Notes: generated from the letters alone by a model not told the origin. Numbered from the stretch's first letter, positions 13,281 to 26,932 are shown. The stretch: DNA of 64,000 nt from Mobula hypostoma (GCF_963921235.1 NC_086118.1:13146001-13210000), one strand, 5' to 3'. Numbers and translations are program-made.

Positions 13281-14594
13281 ATATAATTCCTTAATTCATT
13301 CCTTGCACACTAAGCATCTCTGAAAATAATTCAGCTGCTCAGTGAGCCTGAAATGATTTTCAGAAATAGGGAAGCATCTAAGAGAGCCATAAGTTTCCTT
13401 ACATATACCAGCAGTCCATTGCCAGTTTTATAATGCTTCTTAGAAGCTCTATCAATATGAATCGAGCAAATCCTGGCTTTGTGTTGTTTTCCCTTGTACA
13501 AGTTTAGGCTAGCAACCTGCACCAGGAATGTATAACAATATATTCTTTAAAGGAATATAGGAAAGAAATGAATATCAGACATGTTTCTCTGAAGTCTGTG
13601 GCACTCCTGAGAACTACAACCACTCAGGAAAATCTCCTCTCTCCTGTTCTCCTTACTTCAGAGCTGAAATTAACCCTGAAAATCTTCTCCTGAATGAATG
13701 AGATGTTCTTGGAAATATAATGCATTCCCAGATGTTTTAAATGAGATGAGGGATCCCATTGAACTGTCAGTTCAATGATCATAGCTCACCATGACCTGTG
13801 GGTACTGCAAGGACGTGTGTGCATTACTCATTTCCCAAGGAATGAATTTGACCTGATTTAAGTTTTCCTCGTGCATACTTTTTTACATGTTATGCAGCTC
13901 GTGGATACAAAAACTCTTCTGCCTAATAGTTGCATATAAAGTTAGCCTGAAAAAAAATTCAAAATGTGCTTTGCAAAAGAAAAATAGCAATAATCAAGAA
14001 ATTTCTCAAACAAGTAAGGATTTTTTGCTACTTTACCTTCAGTGCCCATACTGTCATATGCAAGTAATTTGAAAAAAAAGATAGCCTGATTAAAAATACA
14101 TCTTTATAAAAGATGAACTATTCAAAATCAATGATAAATTGGAAGTTTCCTTGGAGTCTATTAACTACTTAATTAGTATCTCAAATTCCATTAGGTGTAC
14201 CTAGCCAAGGGATAATTGTTTGATGGACTACAGTAATTATGTACCATTGCAGAGACTAATAGAGATCACTAATTAATTATACAAATACATGTTAAATAAT
14301 GTCTAGCCAACTAACATTGATTTTGGTGACGTTAAAAATGGCAACATCTCTAGTGCCTCTGTGTTACGTACTTGAGGAGCTTTAGCTTTGTGTTGTAACA
14401 AAACTAAAACTTGAGTTTGGATCGAATATAGATAGGTCTCATCAAGCAAAAGTCAGTGCATCACTTCACTACCACATCATAAACACAACTGTTGTAGTTT
14501 TAGAAAGTCTATAGATAGTTTAACATTTTAATGTTAACATAGCAGCCAGTGGTACTATTTGCTTCATCAGCATCAAGGTTAAAAATAATAAGCA

Positions 14595-16705
14595 AATAAG
14601 ACCTTAAGTTATAGGAGCAGAATTAGGCCACTTGGCCAATCGACTATGCTCCAGCATCTCATCATGACTAATCCATTTTCCCACTCACCCCAATCTCCTG
14701 CCTTCCCTCAGTATCTATTCATGCCCTGACTAATCAAGAATCTGTCAACCTCTCCCTTAAATATACCTAATGACTTGGCAATGAGTTCAACAGGTTCACC
14801 ACTCTCTGGCTAAAGAAAGTCCTCCTTATCTCCACTCTAAATGGGTACCCCTCTATTGTCTTAGAGTCTCCACCATAGGAAACATCCTCTCCACATCCAC
14901 TCTATTGAGGCCTTTCAACATTTAAAATGTTTTAATGAGGTTGCTTATTCTTCTGAATTCCATTGAGTATAGGCACAGAGTCATCAAATGCTCCTCATAC
15001 GACAACTATTTCAATCCCAGAATCATTCTTGTTTGAACCCTTTCCAATGTCAGTGCATTCTTCATTAGATAAGGGGCCAAAAACTTGCTCATGTCACAAT
15101 ACTCCAAGTGAGCTTTATAAAGCCTCAACATTGCAACCTGGCTTTTTTTATTCTAGTCCTCTTGAAATGAATGTTAACATTGCACTTGCTTTCCTCACTA
15201 CCAACTCAACCTGCAAATTAACCTTTAGGATATATACTCAAGGACTCCTAAGTCCCTTTGGTCCTCAGATTTTTGAATTTTCTTTCCACTTAGAAAAAAG
15301 TCTACTTCTTAATTTCTTCTACCAAAGTGGATGACTGTACACTTCCTGACACTGTATTCCACCTGCCGCTTCTTGGCCCATTTTCCTAACCTGCCTAAGT
15401 CCTTCTGTAGCTTTTCTGTTTCCGCAAAACTACCTTCCCCTCTACCCATTTTCGTACTGTCTGCAAGCTTGCTCATAAAGCAATCAATTCTGTCATTTAT
15501 GTTATTGACATATAATATAAAATTAATTGGTCCCAACACAGACCCCTGTGGAACATCACTAGTCACCAGCAGCCAAACAGCAAAGGCTGCCTTTATTCCC
15601 ACTCTTTGCCTCCTGCCAATTAGCCAATGCTGGAATCTTTCCTGTAATACCATAGGCTCTTAACTTGTAAAGCAGCCTCATGAGTGATACCCTGTCAAAG
15701 GCCTTCTGAAAATCCAAGTACACAAGGTCAACCAATTCTCCTTTGTCTATCCTGCTTGTTTTTTCTTCAAAGAATTCCAATATATCTGTCAGACGAGATT
15801 TTCCCAATGCTGACTACAGCCTATTTTATCACGTGCCTCCAAGTACCTTGAAACCACATCCTTAACAATCAACTCCAACATCTTCCCAACCACTGAGGTC
15901 AGACTATCTAGCCTATAATTTCTTTTCTTGATGAGTGGAGTGATATTTGTAATTTTCCTTTCTTCCGGAGCCATGTCGTAACCATTCTTGAAAGATCAGT
16001 ACAGTACTAATGCCTCCATAATGTTTTTGGCCACCTCTTTCAGAACTAGGGGCTATATACCATCTGGTCCAGATGACTTATCTACTTTCAGACCTTTCAG
16101 TTTCCCAAGAACCTTCTCCATAGTAATGGAAACTTCTCACACTTCTCCTCCCAACACTCTCAAACTTCCAGCATACTACTAGTGTCTTCCACAGTGAAGG
16201 CTGATGCAAAATACTTATTTGGTTTGTCTGCCATTTCCTTGTCTTTCCTAAGTACCTCTCCAGCCTTTTTTTTCCAGTGGTTCAATATCTACTCTAATCT
16301 CTCTTTTACACTTTATGTATCTGAAGAAACTTTTGGTATCCTCTTTTTATATTATTGGCTAACTTACATTTGTATTCCATCTTTTCCTTCCTTATGACTT
16401 TTTTAGCTGCTTTCTGTTAGTTTTTAAAAGCTTCCCAATCCTCTAACTTACCACAAATTTTCATTCTATTATATTCCCTCTCTTTGGCTTTTATGTTGGC
16501 TTTGACTTCTCTTGTCAGCCACGGTTGTGTCATCCTGCCTTTAGAATACTTCTTCCTCGTTGGGATGTATATATTCTGTGCCTTCTGAATTGCTTCCAGA
16601 AATTCCAATCATTGCTGTTCAACCGTCATCCCTGCCAGTGTTCTTTTCCAATCAATTTTGGCCAGGTCCTCTCTCATGCCACAGTAATTCTCTTTACTCC
16701 ACTGT
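14595..16705 (-). mobile_element. Degraded CR1 LINE
   Basis: ORF fragments PWLTREVK, NYR..SLTSVVGKMLE, YLDFQKAFDRV, VPQGSVLGP; CR1-type 3' UTR. Confidence 0.92.
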
Positions 16706-17714
16706 TACACATCTGTCCTTAGCCTCTCCTCTTAAATCCTCATTATAACTCGATAAATTAATATAGTCAGTTGAATTTGATTTTATATAACATTTATTCA
16801 CACTCAAATCCACCTTTAACCCTATATTACCATCAATGCAGTAAGTATATTTTGATTAACAGCTCCATTAGAAATATATTGGATAATTTTCTTGAAAGTT
16901 TGATTTACAATGCAGTAAGCAATCATGTAAAAGTGGAGCGGGCATTGTATGATGTTTGCATGTATGATTGACCACTAGTTGCTATTATCCAGATACTGAT
17001 CTTGGATAACATTTGCAAGTCATACTGCTAGGATTTTAGCCAACATCTCCTTTTTTTCTTGTTTGCCTTCAATGTAAAATGCGTAGAATAATTTACAGAC
17101 AAGAAAAAAGATGCTAACAGCTAATCCTTGTATTGAACCAAAGATTGATGCTTTTGAAAGCGGAGAGTGGAAGATCACCCAGAAAAAGAGAAAAGTCAGA
17201 TCTACTTGGTGATAAGAGTAGGGATGAGCAAGAAGACATTGTTTGGAGAGGATCTATTGAGTTAACTGGAATGTTATAAAAAGTTTGGTTCATCTTCAGC
17301 CAATGTCTGAGGAAAAGACAGCTGTGCAGAGTATAAAACTTAAATATTGATGAGACACTCTTTTGAGTCAGACAAATTGCAGTGTGTCACCAATAGTAAT
17401 TATTAAAATAATTATTGCTTATTGTTGTTGCACAAGCAAACAAAGATACGAAGTGTAAAAGAGAAGTAGGAGTTGTGTTTGTTGCACAAGCAAACAATGA
17501 GGCACAGTATGGGTTGAGAAGGGAAACAGAGAGAGGAATTCAGTTTGGAAGGTGTACATCAAGTTTCAGATGTAACATGGCTATGAGGGAGATGTGACTC
17601 CAAAGTTAGTGATATGGAGGTTAAATAAAAGGGCAAGCATTGCCCTAGTAGAATGTTGATGGAGTGCTTAAAGCATTGGCAAAGCTGCCAGAAAATTTAT
17701 GGAAAATGCCAGTG

Positions 17715-18040
17715 GGTGCCACAGTGATGTTTCAGTAAATTGGGTTCAATCCTGACCTCTGATGATGTCTGTGTGGACATCACTGTGACTACATGGGTTT
17801 TCTCTTGGTTGCCCCATTCTTCTCTCACATCCAGATGTGAGATTTAGAGATTTAGCAGGAGAAACAGTCACTGAAATTTGTCCCGAGAAGAGTGGTAAAA
17901 TCTGTCAGGTACAGAAGAGAATGGGGGAAGGGAGGGTGAATAACAACAGAATTAATGTGGGATTTGTGTAAATACGAGGTTGATGGTTGGCATTAGATTA
18001 ATTGCAGAATGCTTGTTTGCATGTTGTATGAGTCTAACTC
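17715..18040 (+). mobile_element. Old tRNA-derived SINE remnant (V-SINE-like)
   Basis: B-box-like gggttcaatcc followed by gtctgtgtgg...tgggttttctc...ctcacatcc; strongly diverged. Confidence 0.5.
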
Positions 18041-19319
18041 AACCAAGTACTGGACCTCTTTCAAGACCACTCCAGGAGTGATTGTCTAGGATGAGTTAAC
18101 TGTAATGCAGCCTCTAATTCCTGTTGACTTCATTGAACACAGGCATTTCACACTTGGTAGAGGCATCCAGCATTTGGGTCTGTAGAGGAAACTTGGTATG
18201 TAAAGGTTTAGTTAAGGGTTAAGAGTTTTTTGAAGTAATCTGCCTGAGAGAGTAGTGGAGTCAGAGACTTCTCTAAGAATTATCTAGATGAAAACATGAA
18301 TTACTAATACAGAAAAGTATTACGAGATGCTTCCCAGCACACCAGCTTCCAGGATTTAGATGCTCTAACTCTCTGGAGTACAGATAGCTGACATGGACCC
18401 TTTAAGGGTTCAGGATGGTCCCACTAATTGGTAAGCATGTTTTGGGCGCCAAGAATCAAAAATTTAAGGAACAACTGAACTGTAGTTCGGTGCTCAATTG
18501 TAAGCCTATTAGTGATATTGTCTAGTGTTCGTTTTGTGCTCAATCCAGTTTGATACCATACTTTGAGCCCTGCTTCAGATACCCCGGCATCTGAGTCCAA
18601 ACCACCTTCATCAAGGACTCTAGTCACACACCCAAGCTGAACACAGCCCTTGAGGACCGAGCTCCTCTTTACACAGCTTCTTTGTTCCAGTCTTGGATCC
18701 AAAGTGACCAGTCAGACCATGACGTCGGTAGACATGAAGGAGGCAACATTCGTGCTATTTTACAGTTATTTTACTAATCTAATGTATTTTTGGCTGGCAG
18801 TGCTGCACTGGATTTTGAGGGAGGTAGTCCCATGTTCGAATTTGGCCAGCTTCTTGCACACTTTCCATCTATGCTGGGTTGGGTGTCAAGCTAGCATCTC
18901 AGACTCTGAAACAACACAGACAAATATTAAAAAATGGCAAGGTTGCTGTCCAAAGCACAGAGAGGATCAACAACAAAGTATTTTTGGCCATTAACATGTA
19001 GATTTTATTCATTATTAGTAGCTGGAAAATGTTTTATAATGCATTACATGCAATGTAAATGTTTATATATGCAAATAATGGAATTAGAAAGAGCACAATG
19101 TTTCAATTGGATCAGTATCTGTATGACATTGCCAGTACTGAGCTGAGGCTTTAGGAGAGTTTGGTGACAGAGGCTGCACTGTTTGCCTTTTGCATCAATA
19201 AATGACGTGTGATTGGAAAACAAGCAACAGGAATTCTGCAGATGCTGGAAATTCAAGCAACACACATAAAAGTTGCTGGAGAATGCAGCAGGCCAGGCAG
19301 CATCTCTAGGAAGAGGTAC

Positions 19320-19356
19320 AGTCGACGTTTCAGGCCGAGACCCTTCGTCAGGACTA
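19320..19356 (-). ncRNA. Minimal type I hammerhead ribozyme motif
   Basis: Minus strand reads agtc-CTGACGA-agggtctcggcct-GAAAC-GTC-gact: catalytic core, stem II hairpin, stem I agtc/gact. Confidence 0.75.
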
Positions 19357-20750
19357 ACTGAAGGAAGAGTGAGTAAGGGATTTGAAAGTGGGAGGGGGAG
19401 GGGGAGATTCTAAATGATAGGAGAAGACAGGAGGGGGAGGGATAGAGCCGAGAGCTGGACAGGTGATTGGCAAAAGGGATACGGGAGGATCATGGGACAG
19501 GAGGTCCGGGAAGAAAGATAAGGAGGGGGGACCCAGAGGATGGGCAAGGGGTATATTCAGAGGGACAGAGGGAGAAAAAGGAGAGTAAGAGAAAGAATGT
19601 GTGTATAAAAATAAGTAACAGATGGGGTACAAGAGGGAGGTGGGGCATTAGCGGAAGTTAGAGAAGTCGATGTTCATGCCATCAGGTTGGAGGCTACCCA
19701 GACAGAATATAAGGTGTTGTTCCTCCAACCTGAGTGTGGCTTCATCTTTACAGTAGAGGAGGCCGTGGATAGACATGTCAGAATGGGAATGGGATGTGGA
19801 TCTCCCAGTGGCCACACATTTTAATTCCACATCCCATTCCCATTCTGACATGTCTATCCACGGCCTCCTCTACTGTAACGGGTACAACATATTATTCTCC
19901 GTAACTTCCGCCACCTCCAACGGGATCCCACCACTAAGCACATCTTTCCCTCCCCCCTCTCTCTGCATTCCGCAGGGATCGCTCCCTATGCAACTCCCTT
20001 ATCCATTCGTCCCCCCCATCCCTCCCCACTGATCTCCCTCCTGGCACTTATCCGTGTAAGCGGAACAAGTGCTACACATGCCTTTACACTTCCTCCCTTA
20101 CCACCATTCAGGGCCCCAAACAGTCCTTCCAGGTGAGGCAACACTTCACCTGTGAGTCAACTGGGGTGATATACTGCATCCGGTGCTCCCGATGTGGCCT
20201 TTTATATATTGGCGAGACCCGACGCAGACTGGGAGACCGCTTTGCTGAACACCTACGCTCTGTCCGCCAGAGAAAGCAGGATCTCCCAGTGGCCACACAT
20301 TTTAATTCCACATCCCATTCCCATTCTGACATGTCTATCCACGGCCTCCTCTACTGTAAAGATGAAGCCACATTCAGGTTGGAGGAACAACACCTTATAT
20401 TCCGTCTGGGTAGCCTCCAACTTGATGGCATGAACATCAACTTCTCTAACTTCCGCTAATGCCCCACCTCCCCCTCGTACCCCATCTGTTACTTATTTTT
20501 ATACACACATTCTTTCTCTTACTCTCCTTTTTCTCCCTCTGTCCCTCTGAATATACCCCTTGCCCATCCTCTGGGTCCCCCCCCCTTATCTTTCTTCCCG
20601 GACCTCCTGTCCCATGATCCTCTCGTATCCCTTTTGCCTATCACCTGTCCAGCTCTTGGCTCCATCCCTCCCCCTCCTGTCTTCTCCTATCATTTTGGAT
20701 CTCCCCCTCCCCCTCCCACTTTCAAATCTCTTACTAGCTCTTCTTTCAGT

Positions 20751-20787
20751 TAGTCCTGACGAAGGGTCTCGGCCCGAAATATCGACT
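20751..20787 (+). ncRNA. Minimal hammerhead ribozyme motif (variant)
   Basis: agtc-CTGACGA-agggtctcggccc-GAAAT-ATC-gact. Confidence 0.65.
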
Positions 20788-21539
20788 GTACCTCTTCCAA
20801 GAGATGCTGCCTGGCCTGCTGCGTTCACCAGCAACTTTTATGTGTGTTGTTGGAAAAGAAGCACAAGTTTTTTTGAGTCCAATTACTTGGCAACAACCCT
20901 CAAGCCCCCTGTTCTTAACAATCAGCCAACAAAGACAGGTACTAAGTGAGTTATCTGGATTCTCGCGCACTGAGGATCTGCAGGTTCCTACAAATTTCTG
21001 TGGGAGATCTGGCCTATGACAGAAGAACAATCTTCACCATATACAAAGTCTTTCACAAGCTAATTGGCCCAGAATCACAACCATTCACCAGAAAAACACT
21101 CCTCGTACTCTATGAGAATGCAGAGGTAAAATACATCAATGCACTGGTACTTACTGAAGTACAGATTCCTCACAGCAGTTGTTTGAAATTTACTTGCTAT
21201 GGAATTATACAGAACATAGGAGAGTACAGCACAGGATGGGCCCTTTGGCCCATGATGTTGCACACAACTAATTGAACAAATGACTCCTAACTAATCTAAT
21301 CTCTCTTCTCTGCACATTCACCATATCCCTCCTTCCTTTGCACATTCACGTGCTTATACAAGAGTCTCTTAAATCCACTTCGGCTCTTAAATCTTCCAGC
21401 ACAAACCCCGGCAGTGCATTGCAGGCCAATCTTTGTGAAAAAGGCTTATCTTGCCTGTCAACTTAGTGGTTTAGACAAAAACATTGGTGGCTATGCAAAT
21501 GGTGGTCATCCAAATCATTAAAATGTAAAATACGAAGGT

Positions 21540-22370
21540 AGACCCAACACTGACTCATCACCAATAGTAACTATTAGTCACTGGCAACCATCCAGAAAAG
21601 GCCCCCGTTATTCCAACTATCCGACTTCTGCAGGTCAGTCAGTTTCCTATCCTTGCTGTTACCTTTCCTGTAATACATTAGATCTTAATTTGTTTAGCAG
21701 CTTCATATGCACCACTTTGTCAAAGGCCTTATGAAAATCCTTCTGACTCCCCTTTGTTTATCCTCGCAAACAACAGGAATTCTGCAGATGCTGGAAATTC
21801 AAGCAACACACATCAACGTTGCTGGTGAACGCAGCAGGCCAGGCAGCATCTATAGGAAGAGGTACAGTCGACGTTTCAGGCCGAGACCCTTCATCAGGAC
21901 TAACTGAAGGAAGAGTTAGTAAGAGATTTGAAAGGAGGAGGGGGAGGGGGAGATCCAAAATGATAGGAGAAGACAGGAGGGGAAATGGAGCCAAGAGCTG
22001 GACAGGTGATTGTTTATTCTGCTTGTTATTTCTTCAAAGAATTCCAACAAATCTGTCAGGCAAGATCTCCCCTTAAGGAAACCATGCTAACTTTGGCCTA
22101 TTTTACATTATGCTTCCAAGTATCCCAAAGACTCATCCTTTATAGTGGACTTACCAACCACTGAAAACGGCCTAACTGGGCTATAATTTCCTGCCATTTG
22201 CCTCCCTTTCCTTCCTAAAAAGTGGAACAGTTGTGATTTTCCAGTCCTTTGGAACTATTCCTAACTCTATTGATTCTTAAAAATTCACTACAAATATCCC
22301 CACGATCTCTTCAGTTAGTTCTTTAAGAAACCTTGGGTGTAGTCCATCTGGTCCAGGTGACTTATCAGAA
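21540..22370 (-). mobile_element. Degraded CR1 fragment interrupted by a Penelope terminal fragment (21765-22010)
   Basis: CR1 RT-like sequence on both sides; the insert is flanked by tgtttatcct (21755-21764) / tgtttattct (22011-22020). Confidence 0.75.
21866..21902 (-). ncRNA. Minimal hammerhead ribozyme motif
   Basis: Minus strand agtc-CTGATGA-agggtctcggcct-GAAAC-GTC-gact. Confidence 0.75.
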
Positions 22371-24845
22371 CCAGGTTTAATATCATTGGCCTATGTCGTG
22401 AAATTTGTTGTTTTTCAGTAGTAGTACATGGCAATACATAATGATGAAAAAACTATAAATTACTATAAGAAGTACAGTGGATTCCAGATAATTGGGACAC
22501 GTCAGGCCCACTACATTTTGGTCCAATTCAGTGGCTTTCCCAATTAGCCGAAGTCCCATGGAAATAGTTAAAAAAGGTATAAAAAAAGTCAAACTACCAT
22601 TTGACTGATCCACAGGTAAAAGCTGCTTTCCGGTGGGGACCAAATTTAACATTCAAGGTGATTATCAATACCTGTTAGAATGCTCCCCTTGGTACATCTG
22701 TAGAGATTTGCGAGTGTCCTTGGTAACATACCAAATCTCCTCAAACTCCTAATAAAATATAGCCACAGTCGTGCCTTCTTTGTAATTGCATCAATATATT
22801 GAGGCCCAGGAAGTTCTTCAGAGATGTTGACACGCAGGAACTAGAAACTGCTCACCATTTGAACTGCTGATCCCTTGATGAGGACTGGTGTGTGTTGCCC
22901 TTGACCTCCGCTTCCTGAAGTCCACAATCAATTCTTTGGTCTTAGTGACACAGGGTGCAAGATTTTCTTGCAATACCACTCAACCAGCTGATCTATCTCA
23001 CTCCTGTAAGCTTCCTCATCACCCTCTGAAATTCTGCCAACAGTAGTTGTGTCGTCAACAAATATATAGATGGCATTTGGGCTGTGCCTAGCCACACAGT
23101 TGTGGCTGTAGAGGAAGTAGAGCAGTGAACTAAGCCATCTTGATGTGTGCCAATGTTGATTGTCAGCAGACAGGAGATATTATTTCTGATCCACAAATAC
23201 CGTGGTCTTCCAGTGAGAAAGTTAGGGATCTAGTTGCAGAGAGAGGTACAGAGACCTTGGGTTTGGAGCTTATTGATTAGAACTGAGGGTATGATTGTGC
23301 TGAATGCTGAGCTGTAATCAAAAAACCGCAGCCTGGTGTAGATATCATTATTTTCTAGGCGATCCAAGGCTGTGTGGAGAGACAGTGAAATTGCACCTGC
23401 TGCAAATCGATTAGGGTAACAGGTCCAGGTCCCTGCTGTGGCAAATATTGATTCTGGCCAGGACCAGCCTCTCAAAGCACTTCACAGTAGATGTAAGGGT
23501 CACTGGGTGATATTCATTGCAGCAGCTCACCCTGCTCTTCTTGGGCACTGGTACAATTTTTGAAGTAAATCAAATTTAAAAAATCGAATTTAAATTTAAT
23601 TATCATTCAACCATATATGAATACAGCCGATCGAAACAGCGTTCCTCTGGGCCAGGGTGAAAAACATACACAGCATATGAATCAAAATAGCGATTAAAAA
23701 AAAAGTTACATAAAAAAACATAAAAGTTACATAGTCCAAGTCCCTGAGCGACATGTCCCACAAATTGATATTACAGTTCCTGGCAGTGCACTGCCACTGC
23801 AATCTAGCCTGTCATTCCACCGATCAAGCACTAGAGGGCAGCACTGATGGGAGAGGCCAGACCCCACCCAAGCACGATCGACATGCTACACCGCCACTGG
23901 CGTCACCTGTTCTGGGTTGCAGCAGCAGGCAAGCTGCTGCTTGAGGCCCAGTCCTTGCTACAACTGATGCCACGCAGCTTCCCCGCCATCTGTCACATCA
24001 CCAAACAAGGGTAACAGGTCTGCGGCTTCTTACATGATCTCTTTCTAACAGGGTCTTGTGATCATAACAGAAGTATTCAAGGGAATCACGCATGGTTACA
24101 CTGCATGCCACCTTTGTGCACCAACTCTGATGTCTTCCTGAAGCAGGCGGCAACATGCTCTGCACCCAGTCCAGCTCCTCCAAACAAGCACTGATGGGGT
24201 AGATCTACAGTACCCAAAATTCTTGGAGCCCAGAATTGTCTTGTGATCATTAAAAAGACATTTAACGAAGAAAAAAAAACACCTTTATTTGGTTCCCGAG
24301 AAGCCACTGAACCCAAACATATCACCATCTTACCAGTAACCTCCAGCTGGTGGGAACCTTGAGCTTCAGCAGTGAGATTGAAGGTGTCCTTGAACACTCC
24401 TGCCAGATGGTTTGCACAGGTTTTCAGAGCCCTATCAGGTACACCATCACGACCGGATGCCTAGTGAGTGTACCACCTCTTGTAAGATGTTTTGATGTCG
24501 ACCCCTGAGACCGAGATCACAAAGCCGCCAGATACTACAGGGCTTCGCACAGCTGTAGATCACTTTCTCTTTCAAAGTGTGCATAAAAGGCACTGAGCTC
24601 CTCTGGGACTGATGCATCACAGCCATTCATAATGCTAGGTTTTGCTTTGTCGGCAGTAATGACCTGCAAACCAAGCCAGAGCTGAGGTGGATCTAATTCT
24701 ATCTGCAACCTCAATCAGATTTCTATTTTCACTCTTAAAATAGCATTCTGTAATTGTATAATTCTGGATAACCCACCTTGAATGTCATAGATAGATTTAG
24801 CCCTCAGCAGACTACCAATCTCCTGATTCATCCACCATCAAATAT
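22365..24845 (-). mobile_element. Degraded Rex1/Babar LINE with nested inserts (Tigger-like end at ~22473-22610; non-autonomous element at ~23570-24340)
   Basis: ORF remnants AISLSLHTALDRLEN...FFDYSSAFSTIIPSVLINKL and FKDTFNL; ta-cagtggattccagataattgggaca resembles a pogo/Tigger TIR. Confidence 0.72.
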
Positions 24846-25261
24846 GGCGACACTCATTTCTGTCACCTGACCCTCTGGAATTTCTGGCATATTGTTAGTG
24901 TCTTACACAGTGAAGACAGATGTAAAATACTTATTCATTCATCCACCATTTCTTTATTTCCCATTACTATTTTTCCACTGTCATTGTCACAGTGGGGGGC
25001 ATTGGGAATGGACCCAAATACAAGACACAGACACTGAAATACTAGGAACAGGAACGGGCAAAACTAAATGACGGGACAGGAAAAACTAAATGACGGGACA
25101 GGACACTGACTAGGAGTAGGGACAGGAACACAGACTAGGCTAGGGGGGCAGGACCAGGACCAGGACGAGGGACTGGGAACAAGGAGCCTGGGTGTGGACT
25201 CCGAGCCAGAGACTGGACGAGGACTCAGAATCTGGCTCTTGACTCAGGCTCGGACCCCAAA

Positions 25262-25417
25262 ACCAGGCGAAGACGTGGTGAGGCTCGGTTCCTGGAGACC
25301 AGGCCAAGGCGTGGCGAGGATCGGGTTCCTGGAGACCAGGCGAAGGCGTGGCGAGGATCGGGTTCCTGGAGACCAGGCGAAGGCGTGGCGAGGTTCGGGT
25401 TCCTGGAGACCAGGCGA
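25262..25417 (+). repeat. 37-bp tandem repeat, about 4 copies
   Basis: accagg recurs at 25262, 25298, 25335, 25372, 25409; unit ggcgaggatcgggttcctggagaccaggcgaaggcgt. Confidence 0.92.
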
Positions 25418-25479
25418 GGACATGACGGGGCAAGGCTACTTGGAGGCAACTCCTGGGCAGGACATGCGACTCCACCCCA

Positions 25480-25768
25480 CGGAGGCAAGGACAGGGAGGG
25501 ATAGAACCAACCGCAGGGTAACGGCAAACGGCCTGGCTTACCCAACGGAGGCAAGGGACAGGAAGGGACAGAACCAGCTACAGGGTAACATCAATCAGCC
25601 TGGTTTACCCGACGGAGGCAAGGGACAGGAAGGGACAGAACCAATCGCAGGGTAATGGCAAACAGTCTGGCTTACCCGATGGAAGCAAGGACAGGAAGCG
25701 GCAGAACCAACTACAGGGTAATGGCAAACGGCCTGGTTTACCCGGTAGAGGCAAGGGACAGGGAGGGA
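25480..25768 (+). repeat. 66-67-bp tandem repeat, about 4.3 copies
   Basis: cggaggcaagg-like unit starts at 25480, 25546, 25613, 25680, 25746. Confidence 0.92.
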
Positions 25769-26077
25769 GCTAGGTCCGGGGTGGGTCCAAGATCTGAGGC
25801 GGCCGGTAACCTCGGTGGGCTACGGAATAGACAAATCCATCTCTCGATGACTGCACTAGCCTTCCACCGGTGGGTTGTTCCAAGGGGAGACTAACGAGAC
25901 GAACTAGCACCCACTCTCTATCCCAGGGCCACTTATATTCCCAGCCCCAAGATGAGCATCAGGTGATTATGGGTAAGTCCAACCAAAACCAGGGACAGCC
26001 AGAAGACCCGGAGTCAGGAGTCCGCAGACCGGACCGTGAACTGGACTGCAGACTTCGGACTGGACCATGCCAGTCAT

Positions 26078-26900
26078 TTTCCAGTGGTATGATATTTAAC
26101 CTTGTCTCTCTTTTTCTCTTTATGCATCTGATAAAAAAAATGACTTTGGTAACTTCCTTAATATTATTAGCTGGCTTAACTTTATATTTCCTCTTTTCTC
26201 CACTTACTGGTTTTTCAGTTGCCTTCTGTTGTTTTAATTTCAAAGCCCATCCTCCACCTTCCCATTAATGTTTGAAATAACATATGCCCTCACCTTTGCT
26301 TTGACCTTTCTTGTCAGTCACCATTATCTCATCCTGCCTTTAGCATTTTTCTTCTTTTTGTAGAATGAAGTCATCCCGCTTCTTCTGAATTACTCTCAAA
26401 AACTTCACTCATTGCTGTTCTCAACGTGGTCCCTGTTCGTGTCCCCTTCTAATCAGCTTTGGCCAACTCCTCTCTCATATCTCTGTAGTTGCATTTACCG
26501 AGCAATAACATTGATACATCTGATTTTAAATTCTCCATCTCAATTACAGAGTGAATTCTATCATTTTATGATCATTGCCCCCTAATTAAATCTGCTCTAA
26601 AAAGCTATCTCATAGGAATTTTATGAATTCCTTCTCTTCAGTGCCAATTTGATTTTCACAGTCGACAAACATACATATTAAAGTCCCCCTTGAATAACAT
26701 TATATTTCTTACATGTTTTCTCATCTCTATTTGCAGTATGTACTCCAATTCATGGCTACTTTATACACCCTTCGGAATCTTTTTACCCTTGCAGTTTCTT
26801 AACTCTACCCACAAGGATTCTACATCTTCTGATCCTATGTCACTTCTTGCAAACAATTTGAGTTCCTTTTTCTACCTGTGTCACCCCACTCTTCTGCCCA
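26078..26900 (-). mobile_element. Degraded CR1 LINE (continues from ~24850-24984)
   Basis: Colinear with the CR1 at 16100-16700; endonuclease-region remnant including a GDFN motif near 26680-26690. Confidence 0.7.
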
Positions 26901-26932
26901 GCTTTCACCTCAAATACTAATACTAAACATAA

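Larger units (their letters stand above)
19227..20849 (+). mobile_element. 5'-truncated Penelope-like element with an inverted terminal repeat copy upstream
   Basis: GIY-YIG ORF 20133-20459 (GVIYCIRCSRCGLLYIGETRRRLGDRFAEH); ~19260-19800 is the reverse complement of ~20310-20849; 14-bp TSD ttggaaaa(c/g)aagca at 19213-19226 and 20850-20863. Confidence 0.92.
24985..26072. mobile_element. Solo LTR-like element containing two minisatellite arrays
   Basis: Starts TGTCAC and ends TGCCA; perfect 5-bp TSD gtcat (24980-24984, 26073-26077); inserted into a CR1 remnant. Confidence 0.8.

Noticed and set aside
18424..18994. Overlapping ORFs in moderately GC-rich unique sequence
   Set aside because: No recognisable domain or exon boundaries.
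20946..21275. 109-aa ORF with a possible splice donor (gag/gtaaaa, ~21126)
   Set aside because: No recognisable protein family and no convincing splice acceptor.
25140..25894. Repetitive ORFs and a CRISPR-like appearance
   Set aside because: Head-to-tail minisatellites without unique spacers inside an LTR-like element; no cas genes; eukaryotic context.
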